From an uncultured bacterium (GTDB lineage: Bacteria > AUK180): a stretch of 64,000 nt of DNA. A program made the translations under genes and the position numbers. Below, piece after piece: positions 9,921 to 21,011 of the stretch. The stretch spans positions 75,413-139,412 of the forward strand of contig CALMGJ010000010.1 of assembly GCA_937863565.1 (NCBI GenBank), read 5' to 3'. The notes beneath the pieces are model-generated. The model did not search any database, was not told the origin of the DNA, and saw only the letters and a list, made by a program, of their open reading frames with translations. How positions within the stretch are numbered: the first letter of the stretch is position 1; the number at the start of each line of letters is the position of its first letter.

Positions 9921-11123
9921 ATGAACGGCGTACCGTACCGTAAAAAGATCGTGATCATTAAAACGCCTTCATTTGAAGGTATTCTTTTCAGGAAAATGCT
10001 TCTGGCCCTTTACAACCGGGCCGAGCGGACCGAGGCCGTGTATTCTTACAGATCGGCCTCTTGTGATGATGCGCGCCGCTGTGCCGATCATGTTCATTTC
10101 GATGAGGATCTCACTGCGCCGCTGCAGTTTCTGGCGGACACGGAATACATTGCCGTTCCCGAGATCGATGCCGGAACCGCCTCAGATATAGTAAGGTTCA
10201 ATTCGAGAAAAAATTATATCAAGATCCTCGTTGAAGCTCTTAAGCTGGGCATTCCGGTGGCCGTAACGCTGAATGAAGCCGGCTTTGCGGGAAGGACCGG
10301 CAAGGCAAGGAATGTGCTCGTGGAAGAGCTCGGCAGGATTTGCAGGATAATGACGCCGGACGAACTGGCGGGTCATATGGGAATAAAGGGTTATGAAAAG
10401 GCCTCTCTTGCAGAAGAGGTCAAGAAGGAGGAAATGAAAATGACGGAAAATGCGGAGATCAACATTGCGAAATACATCGACCATACGCTGCTCAAACCCC
10501 AGGCGAGCATAGAGGACATAAAAAAATTATGCGCCGAGGCGAGTAAGTATTCCTTTAAAGCTGTTTGCGTTAATCCGTACCACGTGAAAACCTGCAAACA
10601 GCTGCTTGAGGGCAGCGGCGTGCTTGTTGCGACCGTCATAGGCTTCCCTCTGGGAGCGAACCGTCCAGAGATAAAAGCGGCCGAGACCGAAAAAGCTCTT
10701 GCCGACGGGGCCGACGAGTTCGATATGGTCCTGAACATAGGTGAAGTGAAATCCGGTAATTTCAAGAACGCCGAGGACGATATCCGGGCTGTTGTTGAAG
10801 CTGCCGGAGGAAAGACCGTTAAAGTAATACTTGAGACCTGCCTTCTTACCGATGAAGAGAAGATAAAGGCCTGCATCATCTCCCAGCGTGCCGGAGCGCA
10901 TTTTGTCAAGACTTCTACGGGTTTCTCAACAGGCGGCGCTACGATCGGGGATGTTTATCTGATGAAGCAGACCGTCGGGGACTCCATGAAGGTAAAGGCA
11001 TCAGGCGGGGTTAAGGATTATGACACGGCATTGAAAATGATAGAAAAAGGTGCGGAAAGGATAGGCACCTCTTCCGGTATAAACATAGTGGAGAAAAAAG
11101 GAGGGTCCGGTGAGAAATATTGA
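9921..11123 (+). CDS. deoC: Deoxyribose-phosphate aldolase with about 170-aa N-terminal extension of unknown function, fused in frame
   Basis: C-terminal 220 aa carry DeoC signatures ([31 protein letters not shown]). The N-terminal 170 aa are in frame with no intervening stop and have no recognisable family. A canonical DeoC start (MKMTEN…) lies at about 10432. Confidence 0.8.
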   Translation: MNGVPYRKKIVIIKTPSFEGILFRKMLLALYNRAERTEAVYSYRSASCDDARRCADHVHFDEDLTAPLQFLADTEYIAVPEIDAGTASDIVRFNSRKNYIKILVEALKLGIPVAVTLNEAGFAGRTGKARNVLVEELGRICRIMTPDELAGHMGIKGYEKASLAEEVKKEEMKMTENAEINIAKYIDHTLLKPQASIEDIKKLCAEASKYSFKAVCVNPYHVKTCKQLLEGSGVLVATVIGFPLGANRPEIKAAETEKALADGADEFDMVLNIGEVKSGNFKNAEDDIRAVVEAAGGKTVKVILETCLLTDEEKIKACIISQRAGAHFVKTSTGFSTGGATIGDVYLMKQTVGDSMKVKASGGVKDYDTALKMIEKGAERIGTSSGINIVEKKGGSGEKY

Positions 11124-12381
11124 AAAGATCACAGGCCGCGAAATACTTGATTCTCGCGGTAATCCCACCGTCGAAGTGACGGTTGAGCTCGAATGCGGGG
11201 TCACAGGTTCAGCCGCGGTTCCCAGCGGCGCATCAACGGGTTCACGGGAAGCCCTTGAACTCAGGGATGGAGATAAAAGCCGTTTCGGCGGCAAGGGTGT
11301 ATTGAAGGCAGTGAAGAACGTGAACGAAATGCTCGCTCCCGCTCTTCTCGGAATGGACGTTATGGAGCAAGTGGCCATTGATAATAAAATGATCGCGCTT
11401 GACGGCACCGAAAATAAATCCAATCTCGGCGCTAATGCCATTCTCGGCGTTTCGATGGCCTGCGCGCGGGCTTCGGCAAATTTTCTCGAGATCCCGCTGT
11501 ACAGATATCTCGGCACCGCTAATGCGAAAAAGCTTCCCGTACCGATGATGAACGTTCTGAACGGCGGTGAACATGCTGACAACAATGTCGATATCCAGGA
11601 GTTCATGATCGTGCCCCACGGATTCGATAAATTCCGCGATGCCTACCGTGCCGCGTCCGAAGTATTCCAGAACCTTAAATCGGTCCTCAAAGGGAAAAAG
11701 CTCTCAACCGGCGTCGGCGATGAAGGCGGTTTCGCCCCGGACCTGAAAAACAACCGGGAAGCCCTTGAAATGATGGTCTCGGCGATCTCGAAGGCGGGAT
11801 ACCAACCCGGCAAACACGTTTCGATCGCCCTTGACTGCGCCGCTTCTTCGTTCAGAACAGAGGATAAAAAGAAGTACTTTTTCGAAGGCAAGGAGATCAC
11901 TACCAAGGATTTGATAGCCTATTACGCAAAATTGATCTCCGAATTCCCGATCGTTTCGATCGAAGACGGTCTTTCCGAGGACGACTGGGACGGCTGGGCC
12001 CAGATGACATCGGACCTCGGCGGAAAAATCCAGATAGTGGGCGATGATATTTTCGTTACCAATATGAAGATCATCCGCGAGGGCATCGGGAAGAAGATCG
12101 CCAATTCCGTTCTGATCAAACTCAATCAGATAGGCTCCGTTACGGAAACGCTCGATGCCGTGGAACTTTCAAGGAACAACGGTTATACCGCCGTGGTATC
12201 GCACCGTTCCGGAGAAACGGAAGACATCTTCATCGCGGACCTGGCCGTGGCTCTGAACATCGGACAGATCAAAACAGGTTCTCTCTGCCGCAGTGAACGC
12301 ATTGCTAAGTATAATCAGCTGCTGAGGATCGAGGAAGACCTCGGCGGCAGTATGTTCTGCGGTGATATCTACGGCAAATGA
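11110..12381 (+). CDS. eno: Enolase (phosphopyruvate hydratase)
   Basis: [24 protein letters not shown]-terminus and the full enolase motif set. Confidence 0.97.
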   Translation: MRNIEKITGREILDSRGNPTVEVTVELECGVTGSAAVPSGASTGSREALELRDGDKSRFGGKGVLKAVKNVNEMLAPALLGMDVMEQVAIDNKMIALDGTENKSNLGANAILGVSMACARASANFLEIPLYRYLGTANAKKLPVPMMNVLNGGEHADNNVDIQEFMIVPHGFDKFRDAYRAASEVFQNLKSVLKGKKLSTGVGDEGGFAPDLKNNREALEMMVSAISKAGYQPGKHVSIALDCAASSFRTEDKKKYFFEGKEITTKDLIAYYAKLISEFPIVSIEDGLSEDDWDGWAQMTSDLGGKIQIVGDDIFVTNMKIIREGIGKKIANSVLIKLNQIGSVTETLDAVELSRNNGYTAVVSHRSGETEDIFIADLAVALNIGQIKTGSLCRSERIAKYNQLLRIEEDLGGSMFCGDIYGK

Positions 12382-12713
12382 TCAGAAGGATCAAACCGGA
12401 AAAGAAGAAGATAAACCCTATTCTGCTCTCTGCCGCCCTCGCGGCTGTCATGATAGTGATCTTCATCTTCTGGTTCGGAGAGGGCGGGATCAAGGAGAAT
12501 CTCGAGCTGAAGAAGACCATCCAGAATCTTGATTGGGAGATTGAACAGCTCAAAGTCCAGAATGATGTCCTTGAAGAGGAGATCATGAAGATGAAAAAGG
12601 ACCCGGCTTATCTTCTCGAGAAGATAGCAAGGGAAGAACTCAGACTGAAGAAGGAGAACGAGAAGGTGATCTATTTCGAGGAACCGGCCGATGCTGAAAA
12701 TAAGAAACGGTAA
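12378..12713 (+). CDS. ftsB: Septum formation initiator FtsB/DivIC family
   Basis: Single N-terminal TM, coiled coil, [22 protein letters not shown]-terminal motif; ATGA overlap with eno. Confidence 0.8.
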   Translation: MIRRIKPEKKKINPILLSAALAAVMIVIFIFWFGEGGIKENLELKKTIQNLDWEIEQLKVQNDVLEEEIMKMKKDPAYLLEKIAREELRLKKENEKVIYFEEPADAENKKR

Positions 12714-13974
12714 TGTCCTCATAAACGGTAAGTTCCGGAAAACGAACATCTACGCGGAAAAAGGCATTATCAGGGAGATCACTCCGCGGGATCTTGCTTC
12801 TTCCGAAACTATTGACGCCTTCGGCAAAGTTGTTATCCCGGGCATCATTGACCCGCATGTTCATTTCGAACTTCAGCAGGGAGAATTCAAAACATCCGGC
12901 GATTTCGAAACGGCGTGCAAGATGGCTCTTTCCCGGGGCGTGACCACTGTCATCGATTATATCCCTGCCGGGGAGAGCGATTTCAGGAAGGAACCTGCTT
13001 TTATAAATTACTCCTTCCACAAGGTCGTCGGAAAGGGATTCAACACAAAAGATATCATACGATTCATCAAGGCCGGGATATCATCCTTCAAAGCCTTCAC
13101 AACGTACGGGAAAAGCGGTCTTATGCTGGATGACGGAAATATGCTCGATCTTATGGCGGCCGTGAAAAAACACAATGCCGTGATCGAAGTTCATTGCGAG
13201 AATGATTCTGTTATAGAGCATAATATGAACGCCCTTTCTCCGGGCGCCGGCTCTCCGGATTCGGCCCGTCCGCCTATTGCCGAGATCGAAGCAGTAAGCA
13301 GAATGTGTCTTTTCGCTCTGAATACGGGTGCGAGGACGCATATCGTACACGTCAGCTGTCCCGAAAGCATCGGAGTGATAAAGGAATATGTGAAGCGAGG
13401 CGCCGCAGTGACATGCGAGACGTGCCCGCAGTACGTGTTCCTGGACGATTCGCTGCTTCACGGCCCCGAGTGGCCTCTTTACGCATCCTGCCCTCCTCTG
13501 CGTTCTGCGGAACGTTCAAGGAAGATGCGAGAACTTCTTTTAAAGGGCTCTATTGATATGATATCGACCGATCACTGCTCTTTCGAAAAGGAATTGAAAT
13601 TGAAGCATACGGATGTGCGGAACATGCCGTATGGAATACCCTCCGCCGGATATTCCGCTCTACTTTTTCTTGAGCTTTTCGGGATGAAACGCGCCGGAAC
13701 GATGTCGTTCTTGATGTCGCGTAATCCCGCTGCGGTTTTCGGGATCGAGAAAAGAGGCCTTATAAAGAAGGGTTATTGGGCCGACCTCGTGATCCTCTCC
13801 CCGTGCTCAAAGGAGAAACTGGACATTCCCCCCTACGATACTTCGGGATACTGCCCTTTCGGCGCGTTCAGTTCTTCCTACGCTGTGGAAACGGTTATCG
13901 TGAACGGCTTTAAGGCATTTGAAAGAGGAACGGTATTCACTAAGAACGGCTCTTTTCTCCCGAGGACGGTATGA
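12691..13974 (+). CDS. Cyclic amidohydrolase (dihydroorotase/allantoinase/hydantoinase family)
   Basis: Metal-binding DPHVHFE near the N-terminus, TCETCPQYV motif, STDHCSF; 427 aa. Confidence 0.7.
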   Translation: MLKIRNGNVLINGKFRKTNIYAEKGIIREITPRDLASSETIDAFGKVVIPGIIDPHVHFELQQGEFKTSGDFETACKMALSRGVTTVIDYIPAGESDFRKEPAFINYSFHKVVGKGFNTKDIIRFIKAGISSFKAFTTYGKSGLMLDDGNMLDLMAAVKKHNAVIEVHCENDSVIEHNMNALSPGAGSPDSARPPIAEIEAVSRMCLFALNTGARTHIVHVSCPESIGVIKEYVKRGAAVTCETCPQYVFLDDSLLHGPEWPLYASCPPLRSAERSRKMRELLLKGSIDMISTDHCSFEKELKLKHTDVRNMPYGIPSAGYSALLFLELFGMKRAGTMSFLMSRNPAAVFGIEKRGLIKKGYWADLVILSPCSKEKLDIPPYDTSGYCPFGAFSSSYAVETVIVNGFKAFERGTVFTKNGSFLPRTV

Positions 13975-14621
13975 GTTTTCTAAAAAAGGGAAGATACATT
14001 GCCGTGGAGGGTGTGATAGGTGTGGGTAAGACCACGCTTACGAAGTTGATCGCGGAAAGGTACAATGGCAAGTTCTTCCTTGAAGTTGTAGAGGAGAACC
14101 CCTTTCTGGAACCGTTCTATGCTGATAAAGAGAAATACGCATTCCAGGCCCAGATCTTCTTCCTGCTTTCGAGGTTCAAACAGCAGCAGGAGCTCATGCA
14201 GATGGACCTGTTCTCTAATTTCATTGTTTCGGATTATTTCTTCGAGAAGGACAGGATATTCGCTTACCTGAACCTGAACGAGAAAGAGCTGGGTCTGTAT
14301 GAAACATTATGGAAAATGATGAGCAGGACAGTCTCGAAACCCGATCTCGTGATCTACCTCAGCGCGAATACCGATATCATCATGAGCAGGATCGAGAAAA
14401 GGGGGAGAAGTTTTGAGCACAATATGGACCGGCATTATATCGAGAACCTCAAACAGGCTTACGACTATTTCTTCTTTCACTACAATGATTCGAATTCGCT
14501 TACTATAAATACGGACAAGCTTGATTATGTCAATGATCCCGAACATCTTGAACTCATCCTCAAGCAGATCGAGGATTTTACTTCGGGGAAAAAATACATC
14601 GATCCCTTCAAGAAGATATGA
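13971..14621 (+). CDS. Deoxynucleoside kinase (dAK/dGK/dCK family)
   Basis: P-loop GVIGVGKTTL, ERY/DR motifs, 216 aa. Confidence 0.85.
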   Translation: MSFLKKGRYIAVEGVIGVGKTTLTKLIAERYNGKFFLEVVEENPFLEPFYADKEKYAFQAQIFFLLSRFKQQQELMQMDLFSNFIVSDYFFEKDRIFAYLNLNEKELGLYETLWKMMSRTVSKPDLVIYLSANTDIIMSRIEKRGRSFEHNMDRHYIENLKQAYDYFFFHYNDSNSLTINTDKLDYVNDPEHLELILKQIEDFTSGKKYIDPFKKI

Positions 14622-15340
14622 ACCCGGCCGTTAAACTCACCAATACTTGCAAGAAGTTCGGCACAAAAACAGCGCTTGACGGCATATCGTTCGAGATCCC
14701 CAAAGGAAAGATAACCGGATATCTTGGTCCGAACGGTGCAGGAAAAACGACTACGCTTAATATCATCTGCGGCGTCATAGCAATGGATTCCGGCTCCGTC
14801 AGCATTGCCGGAAGCGAGATCCCGGGAGACGGAAGTTATAAATCGAGGATCGGGTACGTTCCGGAGAACCAGATGATGTACCAGCAGCTCACCGTGAAGG
14901 AGCATCTTGTATTCGCAGGAAAACTGTACGGAATAGATCGCGGTGTGCTGAAGGAACGCATCGATCGGATGCTCGAGGATTTCGGGCTGCAAGATCAAAA
15001 GGATCATCCCATTCAGAAACTCTCCAAGGGAAATAAACAGAAAACCCTGATAGCCTGCGGACTCATTCACGAACCGGAAATACTCTTTCTTGACGAACCC
15101 CTCAACGGGCTCGATATTGAAAGTCAGTTCAAATTCAAGGAATTCCTCAAGGAGTATCTGCAGAAAGGGAATACGGTGCTCTACTCATCGCACATCATGG
15201 AGGTCATCGAAAGAATGACCGAAAGGATCATCATTATAAGCAAAGGCAGGATCAGATTTGACGGCATGATAAACGATCTTGTTGCCTCATACGGGGGCAT
15301 TTCCTTCGAAGAAGCTTTTATGAAGAAGATAAATGAGTAG
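14618..15340 (+). CDS. ABC transporter ATP-binding protein
   Basis: Walker A GPNGAGKTT, LSKGNKQK signature, Walker B ILFLDEP. Confidence 0.92.
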   Translation: MNPAVKLTNTCKKFGTKTALDGISFEIPKGKITGYLGPNGAGKTTTLNIICGVIAMDSGSVSIAGSEIPGDGSYKSRIGYVPENQMMYQQLTVKEHLVFAGKLYGIDRGVLKERIDRMLEDFGLQDQKDHPIQKLSKGNKQKTLIACGLIHEPEILFLDEPLNGLDIESQFKFKEFLKEYLQKGNTVLYSSHIMEVIERMTERIIIISKGRIRFDGMINDLVASYGGISFEEAFMKKINE

Positions 15341-16868
15341 AGGATTAAGGGATACTTTCCTTCTTCTTTCCGTTTTCCTGAAGATAGATGCGAGAAACCC
15401 GAAGCTCCTCGAAAGGAACGACGGGAAGCTTTTCGCGTCGAATTTCATATATGTCCTGTATGCATTGACCGGTTTTACCTTTACGGTCAGCATTCTGATC
15501 AGAGGCCTTGACCCTTTAAACTACGCCTTCAATCTTCTTACGCTTCTTTCCGCCAATGTTTTCATTGTAGTATTCCTGGAGATGAGAAGGATATTCATCA
15601 TGCCTGAAGACTCGTTCATTCTTTCGGTTATGCCCGTTTCCAAAGGCTCCATAGTCATGGCGAAGATCCTCAATATAGCGGTATTCTCTTTTTTTATCAT
15701 GATATCCCTCGGCGCCGCGCCCGTTCTTGCCGGAACGGTCGTTCCCCGTTTCTCGGGCATCTTGCCCGCATCGGCAATGGTGCTGGCTCTGCTTTTCAAC
15801 GCGCTCTCCGCGGCCTTCCTTGCGGCATTCCTTTTCGTCATCCTTATTTCGATCGGGGGAAAAGGAGGGTTCGAGAAGATCTCCGTTCATGCTTCCGTGG
15901 TCCTGCTTATCGCATTTTATACCTGTTTCATCCTGTTCACAAGGGAATCAGGCATAAAGGATATCAGAACGGTCCCGGTATTCAGCTGGTTGCCGGCATA
16001 TCATTTTGCAAGGCTTTACGATCTTTCGATCTCAGGCAATATTAAGGGATTCCTCTTGCTGGTCTTTCTTATCGTCCTTTTCTGTGCGGCCGGCGCCGCG
16101 GTCTTCTATACGATCCTTGCCGGAACCTATCACAGACATCTGCAGACTTCCGGGGAAATAGAGGCGATATACGATACAGGAGGATCCGTCTACCGTAAAA
16201 ACCCTTACGGCATACTACTCGGGGCATATTCAAAAAGGGATCATCAGCTGAAGCTCCGGAACTACTCCCTTATCGGGATCATGGCGGTTTTCTTCATTAT
16301 GCTCTTTTTGGTCCCCGAAGAAAAAGATGCTGCCCCGTCGCCTTTTCTGATAAGCGCGACCGCTTTTGCGTTCAATCTCTATTTCATGATCACCGTTCTC
16401 ATCACCAATCATCTCTATTCGAAGGACTATGAGGCCTCTTATATATTCAAGGTGACCCCTTATGATGATGAAGAAGGCCGGACGGATTTCCTGCGCTTTC
16501 TGGCGAAACATTACTTTCTTCCGGTCTTTGCCGTTCTTGCCGCGGCTCTTACGTACGCTCTGGGACCCGTGAACGCATTCAAGGCTTTTTCTGTATATTT
16601 CAATTTCACGGTCCTTTCCATCTGCATATTCTTTTATATCAACCGCTCATCTCCGTTATCCCTGAAAGAGGACAGTCGCTCGAACCAGATGAAATATCTT
16701 ATCATGTTCATACTTGCGGTCCCGCTTACAATTTTGAGTTCAGTCCTGTTCAACGCGGCAGCACACGGCTTGATTCTTCTTTTCAACGGGATCAATGCTA
16801 TAATATTCATTATCAATGCCGTTTTATTGATATTGCTGCTAAGAAAAAGGCAATGGAGGTTTCAGTGA
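15333..16868 (+). CDS. ABC transporter permease-like polytopic membrane protein (uncharacterised)
   Basis: 511 aa, about 10–12 hydrophobic helices, overlaps the ABC ATPase gene. Confidence 0.6.
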   Translation: MSRGLRDTFLLLSVFLKIDARNPKLLERNDGKLFASNFIYVLYALTGFTFTVSILIRGLDPLNYAFNLLTLLSANVFIVVFLEMRRIFIMPEDSFILSVMPVSKGSIVMAKILNIAVFSFFIMISLGAAPVLAGTVVPRFSGILPASAMVLALLFNALSAAFLAAFLFVILISIGGKGGFEKISVHASVVLLIAFYTCFILFTRESGIKDIRTVPVFSWLPAYHFARLYDLSISGNIKGFLLLVFLIVLFCAAGAAVFYTILAGTYHRHLQTSGEIEAIYDTGGSVYRKNPYGILLGAYSKRDHQLKLRNYSLIGIMAVFFIMLFLVPEEKDAAPSPFLISATAFAFNLYFMITVLITNHLYSKDYEASYIFKVTPYDDEEGRTDFLRFLAKHYFLPVFAVLAAALTYALGPVNAFKAFSVYFNFTVLSICIFFYINRSSPLSLKEDSRSNQMKYLIMFILAVPLTILSSVLFNAAAHGLILLFNGINAIIFIINAVLLILLLRKRQWRFQ

Positions 16869-18163
16869 ACGACACCGTCATAGGGCACATCGGCGGCTCG
16901 GCCGGAAAAGAGGTCCGCCTAAAAGGCTGGGTATACAATTTCAGGAGTTCCGGCAAGATCGCTTTTCTTATATTGAGGGACGGTACGGGTTTCATCCAGT
17001 GCGTCCTTGTGAAGGGCGAAATAGGGGAGGAATACTTCGAACTCGCAAAAACACTTCAACAGGAGGATACGATCGAAGTGGCCGGAAAAGTCGCGGAAAA
17101 CCCTCGCTCTCCCGGTGGGTACGAGATCGCAATGACCTCCCTTCGTATCATCAATCAGTTCAGGGGTGAAGAATATCCTATACAGAAGAAGGACCATGGA
17201 GTGGATTTCCTCTTAAATAACCGCCATCTCTGGCTGAGAAGTAAGATGCAGTTCGCTACGCTCAGGATACGCGATGAGATCGTGAAGGCGATCAGGGATT
17301 TTTTCTATGAAAGGGAGTTCATCCTCATAGACTCCCCTATATTCACGCCGACGGCGCCGGAAGGGACATCCTCTTTGTTCGCTACGGATTATTTCGGGGA
17401 GAACGCTTTCCTTTCGCAATCCGGCCAACTCTATCAGGAGGCCGGCGCGATAGCCTTCAGGAAAACATACTGCTTCGGACCTACTTTCAGGGCCGAGAAA
17501 TCAAAAACGAAAAAACACCTTACCGAGTTCTGGATGATCGAACCGGAAGTCGCTTTTGCCGATCTTGATGACATGATGACGCTTTCGGAAGATTTCGTTT
17601 GTTATGTTGTCGGACGCGTACTCGAGAAAAAAAAGGAAGAGCTTAAGATCCTTGAACGGGATACTTCTGATCTCGAGAATATCAAGGCCCCTTTCGAACG
17701 TATCACCTATAAACAAGCGGTAGAACTTGTCAATAAAGGCGGCCTTCCCATGAAGTTCGGAGAGGATTTCGGTGCGGATGAAGAGGATATTGTCAGCAGG
17801 AATTTTAAAAAACCTGTTTTCATCCACAGATTTCCGAGGTCGATTAAACCTTTCTATATGGAAGCGGACCCCGAGGACGGGGATCTTGTGCTGAATATGG
17901 ACCTTATTGCTCCGGCAGGTTACGGCGAGATCATCGGAGGATCCCAAAGGATGTACGATTTGGACCGGCTTAAGGAAGAGATGAAGAAAGCCGGGCTCAG
18001 TGAAAAGGATTATCACTGGTATGTAGATCTCAGAAAATGGGGATCCTGTCCCCATGCCGGTTTCGGTCTCGGCCTCGAAAGGACGGTTGCGTGGATAACC
18101 GGTATCGAGCATATCAGGACCGCCATCCCGTTCCCGAGAACTATCAATCGCTTAAATCCATAG
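16853..18163 (+). CDS. asnS: Asparaginyl-tRNA synthetase (class II)
   Basis: 436 aa; OB-fold N-terminus GWVYNFRSSGKIAFLILRDGTGFIQCV; class II motifs (FRAE, GFGLGLERT). Confidence 0.88.
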   Translation: MEVSVNDTVIGHIGGSAGKEVRLKGWVYNFRSSGKIAFLILRDGTGFIQCVLVKGEIGEEYFELAKTLQQEDTIEVAGKVAENPRSPGGYEIAMTSLRIINQFRGEEYPIQKKDHGVDFLLNNRHLWLRSKMQFATLRIRDEIVKAIRDFFYEREFILIDSPIFTPTAPEGTSSLFATDYFGENAFLSQSGQLYQEAGAIAFRKTYCFGPTFRAEKSKTKKHLTEFWMIEPEVAFADLDDMMTLSEDFVCYVVGRVLEKKKEELKILERDTSDLENIKAPFERITYKQAVELVNKGGLPMKFGEDFGADEEDIVSRNFKKPVFIHRFPRSIKPFYMEADPEDGDLVLNMDLIAPAGYGEIIGGSQRMYDLDRLKEEMKKAGLSEKDYHWYVDLRKWGSCPHAGFGLGLERTVAWITGIEHIRTAIPFPRTINRLNP

Positions 18164-18181
18164 AAATGAACAGGGGGATAT

Positions 18182-19894
18182 ATGAAAAGAGATCCGGTAA
18201 AAGATCTTAACGTATTCAGGGGAAAGGCCTTCCGGGGTGAATGGCCGACCGTGCCCGAGATGCTTGAAATGACCGTTGAGAAATACGGCCGGAAAAAAGG
18301 CTTCACCGCCTTCGAACCCGATTATCTGAGTCTAACTTATGCCGAGATAGGTTCCGTAACGGATGAGATCGCGGGATATCTCCTTTCGTCGGGCATCGTG
18401 AAGGGCGACCGCGTGGGGCTTGCGGGCAAGAACTCCCCCGAATGGACGATCGCATATCTGTCCGTTCTGAAGCTGGGTGCCGTGATCGTTCCCGTCGACT
18501 ATCAGCTCCCTTCGGAAGATATCGGAAAGCTCTTCTCGCACGCTGCGGTGAAGGCCGTATTCGTGGACGAGGAAAAATTCGAGGATATCCCGGCCGCGGG
18601 TCTGAACCTTTCCCTCAAGATATCGCTTTCGAAAAACAGGCCGAACTACCTTCTCAACTTAAAGTCCGGAGGCCGTGAAGTGTCCGCTCCTCCTTCCGAG
18701 AACGATATCTGCGCCATTCTGTATACATCGGGCACAATGGGTAATCCGAAAGGAGTTGTGCTTAGTCACCGGAATTTTACTTCAGATGTATATCTTGCCC
18801 AGGCGCATCTGAAACTCTATTCGAGCGATGTGTTCTATGCACTTCTTCCGCTGCATCATATTTATACGATGACAGCGGTATTTCTCGAATCCGTCTGCGT
18901 GGGTGCCGAAATAGTATACGGGAAAAGGATCGTCACGAAGAATATCCTCGAAGAGCTCAAGAAAGGCAAGGTCACCATGTTCCTTGGCGTGCCCCTCCTT
19001 TTCAATAAGATCATAAAGGCCGTTATGAAAGGCATTAAGGAGAAAGGACCCTTTGCCAATGCCGTTGTGGGCGGGATGATGGCCTTCAGCGGGTTCATGA
19101 AGAAGACCTTGAACATCAATCCCGGGAAATTCCTGTTCCGTTCCATTCTCAAGAAGATATCGTTTGAGAGAATACGCGTTTGCATTTCCGGGGGCGGTCC
19201 GCTCCCTCCGGAGACCTTCAGGAAATTCAATCAGCTGGGGATCGATTTCATTCAAGGTTACGGCTTGACGGAGACGGCTCCGATACTTACTTTAAATCCC
19301 GTGGAACATTATAAGGAGACTTCCGTAGGGAAAGTCCTTCCCGCCGTCGATCTCAAGATAGCCGAGCCGGATAAGGACGGCATAGGGGAGATCATCGTAA
19401 AAGGGCCGATGGTGATGAACGGATATTATATGAACGACGAAGAAACGAAGAAGATCTTCAGCGGAGACGGTTATCTTAAAACGGGTGACGTGGGATACCT
19501 GGACGGGGAGAACTATGTCTACCTCACCGGAAGGAAGAAGAACATCATCGTGACAGAGGGCGGGAAAAACGTTTCTCCCGAGGAGATCGAATACGGCTTC
19601 GAGATATACGAGGAGATCGAGCAGATCATGGTGAGGGGGTATCTGAAGAATGCGGAAACGAAGACGGAGGATATCATGGCCTATGTGTTCCCCTGCAGGG
19701 AATATTTTGAATCGGAGTTCAAAAAGACCGATTCGGCATGGGACGATGCCTTTGTCGCCTCGAGGATCGGTTCCGTTGTTGCCGAAGTCAACAATGCTCT
19801 TCCCGCGTATAAAAAGGTGAAACGCTTCGAGGTCCTGAAAGAACCTATGGAAATGACAACGACCAAGAAGATAAAAAGATTTAAAATTCAATAG
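18182..19894 (+). CDS. Long-chain fatty-acid–CoA ligase (AMP-binding family)
   Basis: AMP-binding motif YTSGTMGNPKGV, GYGLTET, 570 aa. Confidence 0.9.
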   Translation: MKRDPVKDLNVFRGKAFRGEWPTVPEMLEMTVEKYGRKKGFTAFEPDYLSLTYAEIGSVTDEIAGYLLSSGIVKGDRVGLAGKNSPEWTIAYLSVLKLGAVIVPVDYQLPSEDIGKLFSHAAVKAVFVDEEKFEDIPAAGLNLSLKISLSKNRPNYLLNLKSGGREVSAPPSENDICAILYTSGTMGNPKGVVLSHRNFTSDVYLAQAHLKLYSSDVFYALLPLHHIYTMTAVFLESVCVGAEIVYGKRIVTKNILEELKKGKVTMFLGVPLLFNKIIKAVMKGIKEKGPFANAVVGGMMAFSGFMKKTLNINPGKFLFRSILKKISFERIRVCISGGGPLPPETFRKFNQLGIDFIQGYGLTETAPILTLNPVEHYKETSVGKVLPAVDLKIAEPDKDGIGEIIVKGPMVMNGYYMNDEETKKIFSGDGYLKTGDVGYLDGENYVYLTGRKKNIIVTEGGKNVSPEEIEYGFEIYEEIEQIMVRGYLKNAETKTEDIMAYVFPCREYFESEFKKTDSAWDDAFVASRIGSVVAEVNNALPAYKKVKRFEVLKEPMEMTTTKKIKRFKIQ

Positions 19895-19903
19895 GAGAAT
19901 ATC

Positions 19904-21001
19904 ATGGAGAAAAATTCATTCACATTCCTTGAAGACCTGCTCAAGGAACCGAGTCCTTCCGGTTTCGAGGAAAGCGCAGCGAAAGTATGGAGGGCATATG
20001 CCAAGAAATTCGCCGATAAGGTCAAAGGCGATTTCCACGGCAATTCGTATGCCTCGATCAACGAGAAAGGGTCCCTGAGGATCTATATGTCCGGTCATAT
20101 AGACGAGATCGGCTTCATGGTCAAAACGGTCACGAACGAAGGGTTCATCAAGATCGCGCCCATCGGCGGCATAGACGGACATGTCGTAGTAGGCCAGAGG
20201 GTGTGGATCTATACCGAGAAAGGCCGTGTTTACGGCATCATCGGAAGGAAACCCATTCATCTGTTCAAAGCGGAAGACAGGACGAAGATCATGGAGATAG
20301 ACCAGATGTGGGTCGATATCGGCGCAAAGAACAAGAAGGAAGCAATGTCGCTCGTTTCGATCGGCGATCCAATCGTCATTGCCGCCGGTTTTGAAAAACT
20401 GAGGGGTGATTTATATGTGGCAAGGGCCTTTGACGACAGGATCGGGTCCTTTGTCGTAGCCGAAGCGCTCCGGCTACTTGCCGAAGGCAGGAATAAAAAT
20501 AAAAAATCCGGGAAAAATAAAAAGTCCGGCATCGGGCATAATGTGACCGCGGTAGCTACTGTTCAGGAAGAGATAGGCCTGAGAGGAGCGACCACGAGCG
20601 CATATAATGTTCAGCCTCATATCGGCTTTGCCGTGGATGTTACATTCGCTTCAGACAGCCCGGGAAGCACCGAGGACATGATCGGCACGATAAAATGCGG
20701 CGGCGGTCCTGTTATCGCCCGCGGGCCGAACATTAATCCGCGGCTTTTCAATCTGATCGTGAAAACGGCAAAAGCAAATAAGATCCCGTATCAGGTAACC
20801 GGTGTTCCGAGAGGCACGGGTACGGACGCGAATGCGATCCAGCTCACACGCGGCGGCGTGGCAACCGCCCTAATCAGTATTCCGAACAGATATATGCATA
20901 CGCCGGTCGAAGTTGTCTCGCTCGCTGATGTTGCAAACTGCGCCAAGCTCATCGCCTGTACGATAGAGAACATAAGATCGGCTGACGATTTCCTGATCTG
21001 A
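19904..21001 (+). CDS. M42 family aminopeptidase (FrvX/YsdC-like)
   Basis: MEKNSFTFLEDLLKEPSPSGFEE N-terminus, HIDEIGF, metal ligands; contains a Lys/Asn-rich insertion (GRNKNKKSGKNKKSG). Confidence 0.88.
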   Translation: MEKNSFTFLEDLLKEPSPSGFEESAAKVWRAYAKKFADKVKGDFHGNSYASINEKGSLRIYMSGHIDEIGFMVKTVTNEGFIKIAPIGGIDGHVVVGQRVWIYTEKGRVYGIIGRKPIHLFKAEDRTKIMEIDQMWVDIGAKNKKEAMSLVSIGDPIVIAAGFEKLRGDLYVARAFDDRIGSFVVAEALRLLAEGRNKNKKSGKNKKSGIGHNVTAVATVQEEIGLRGATTSAYNVQPHIGFAVDVTFASDSPGSTEDMIGTIKCGGGPVIARGPNINPRLFNLIVKTAKANKIPYQVTGVPRGTGTDANAIQLTRGGVATALISIPNRYMHTPVEVVSLADVANCAKLIACTIENIRSADDFLI

Positions 21002-21011
21002 GAACTCCGGA

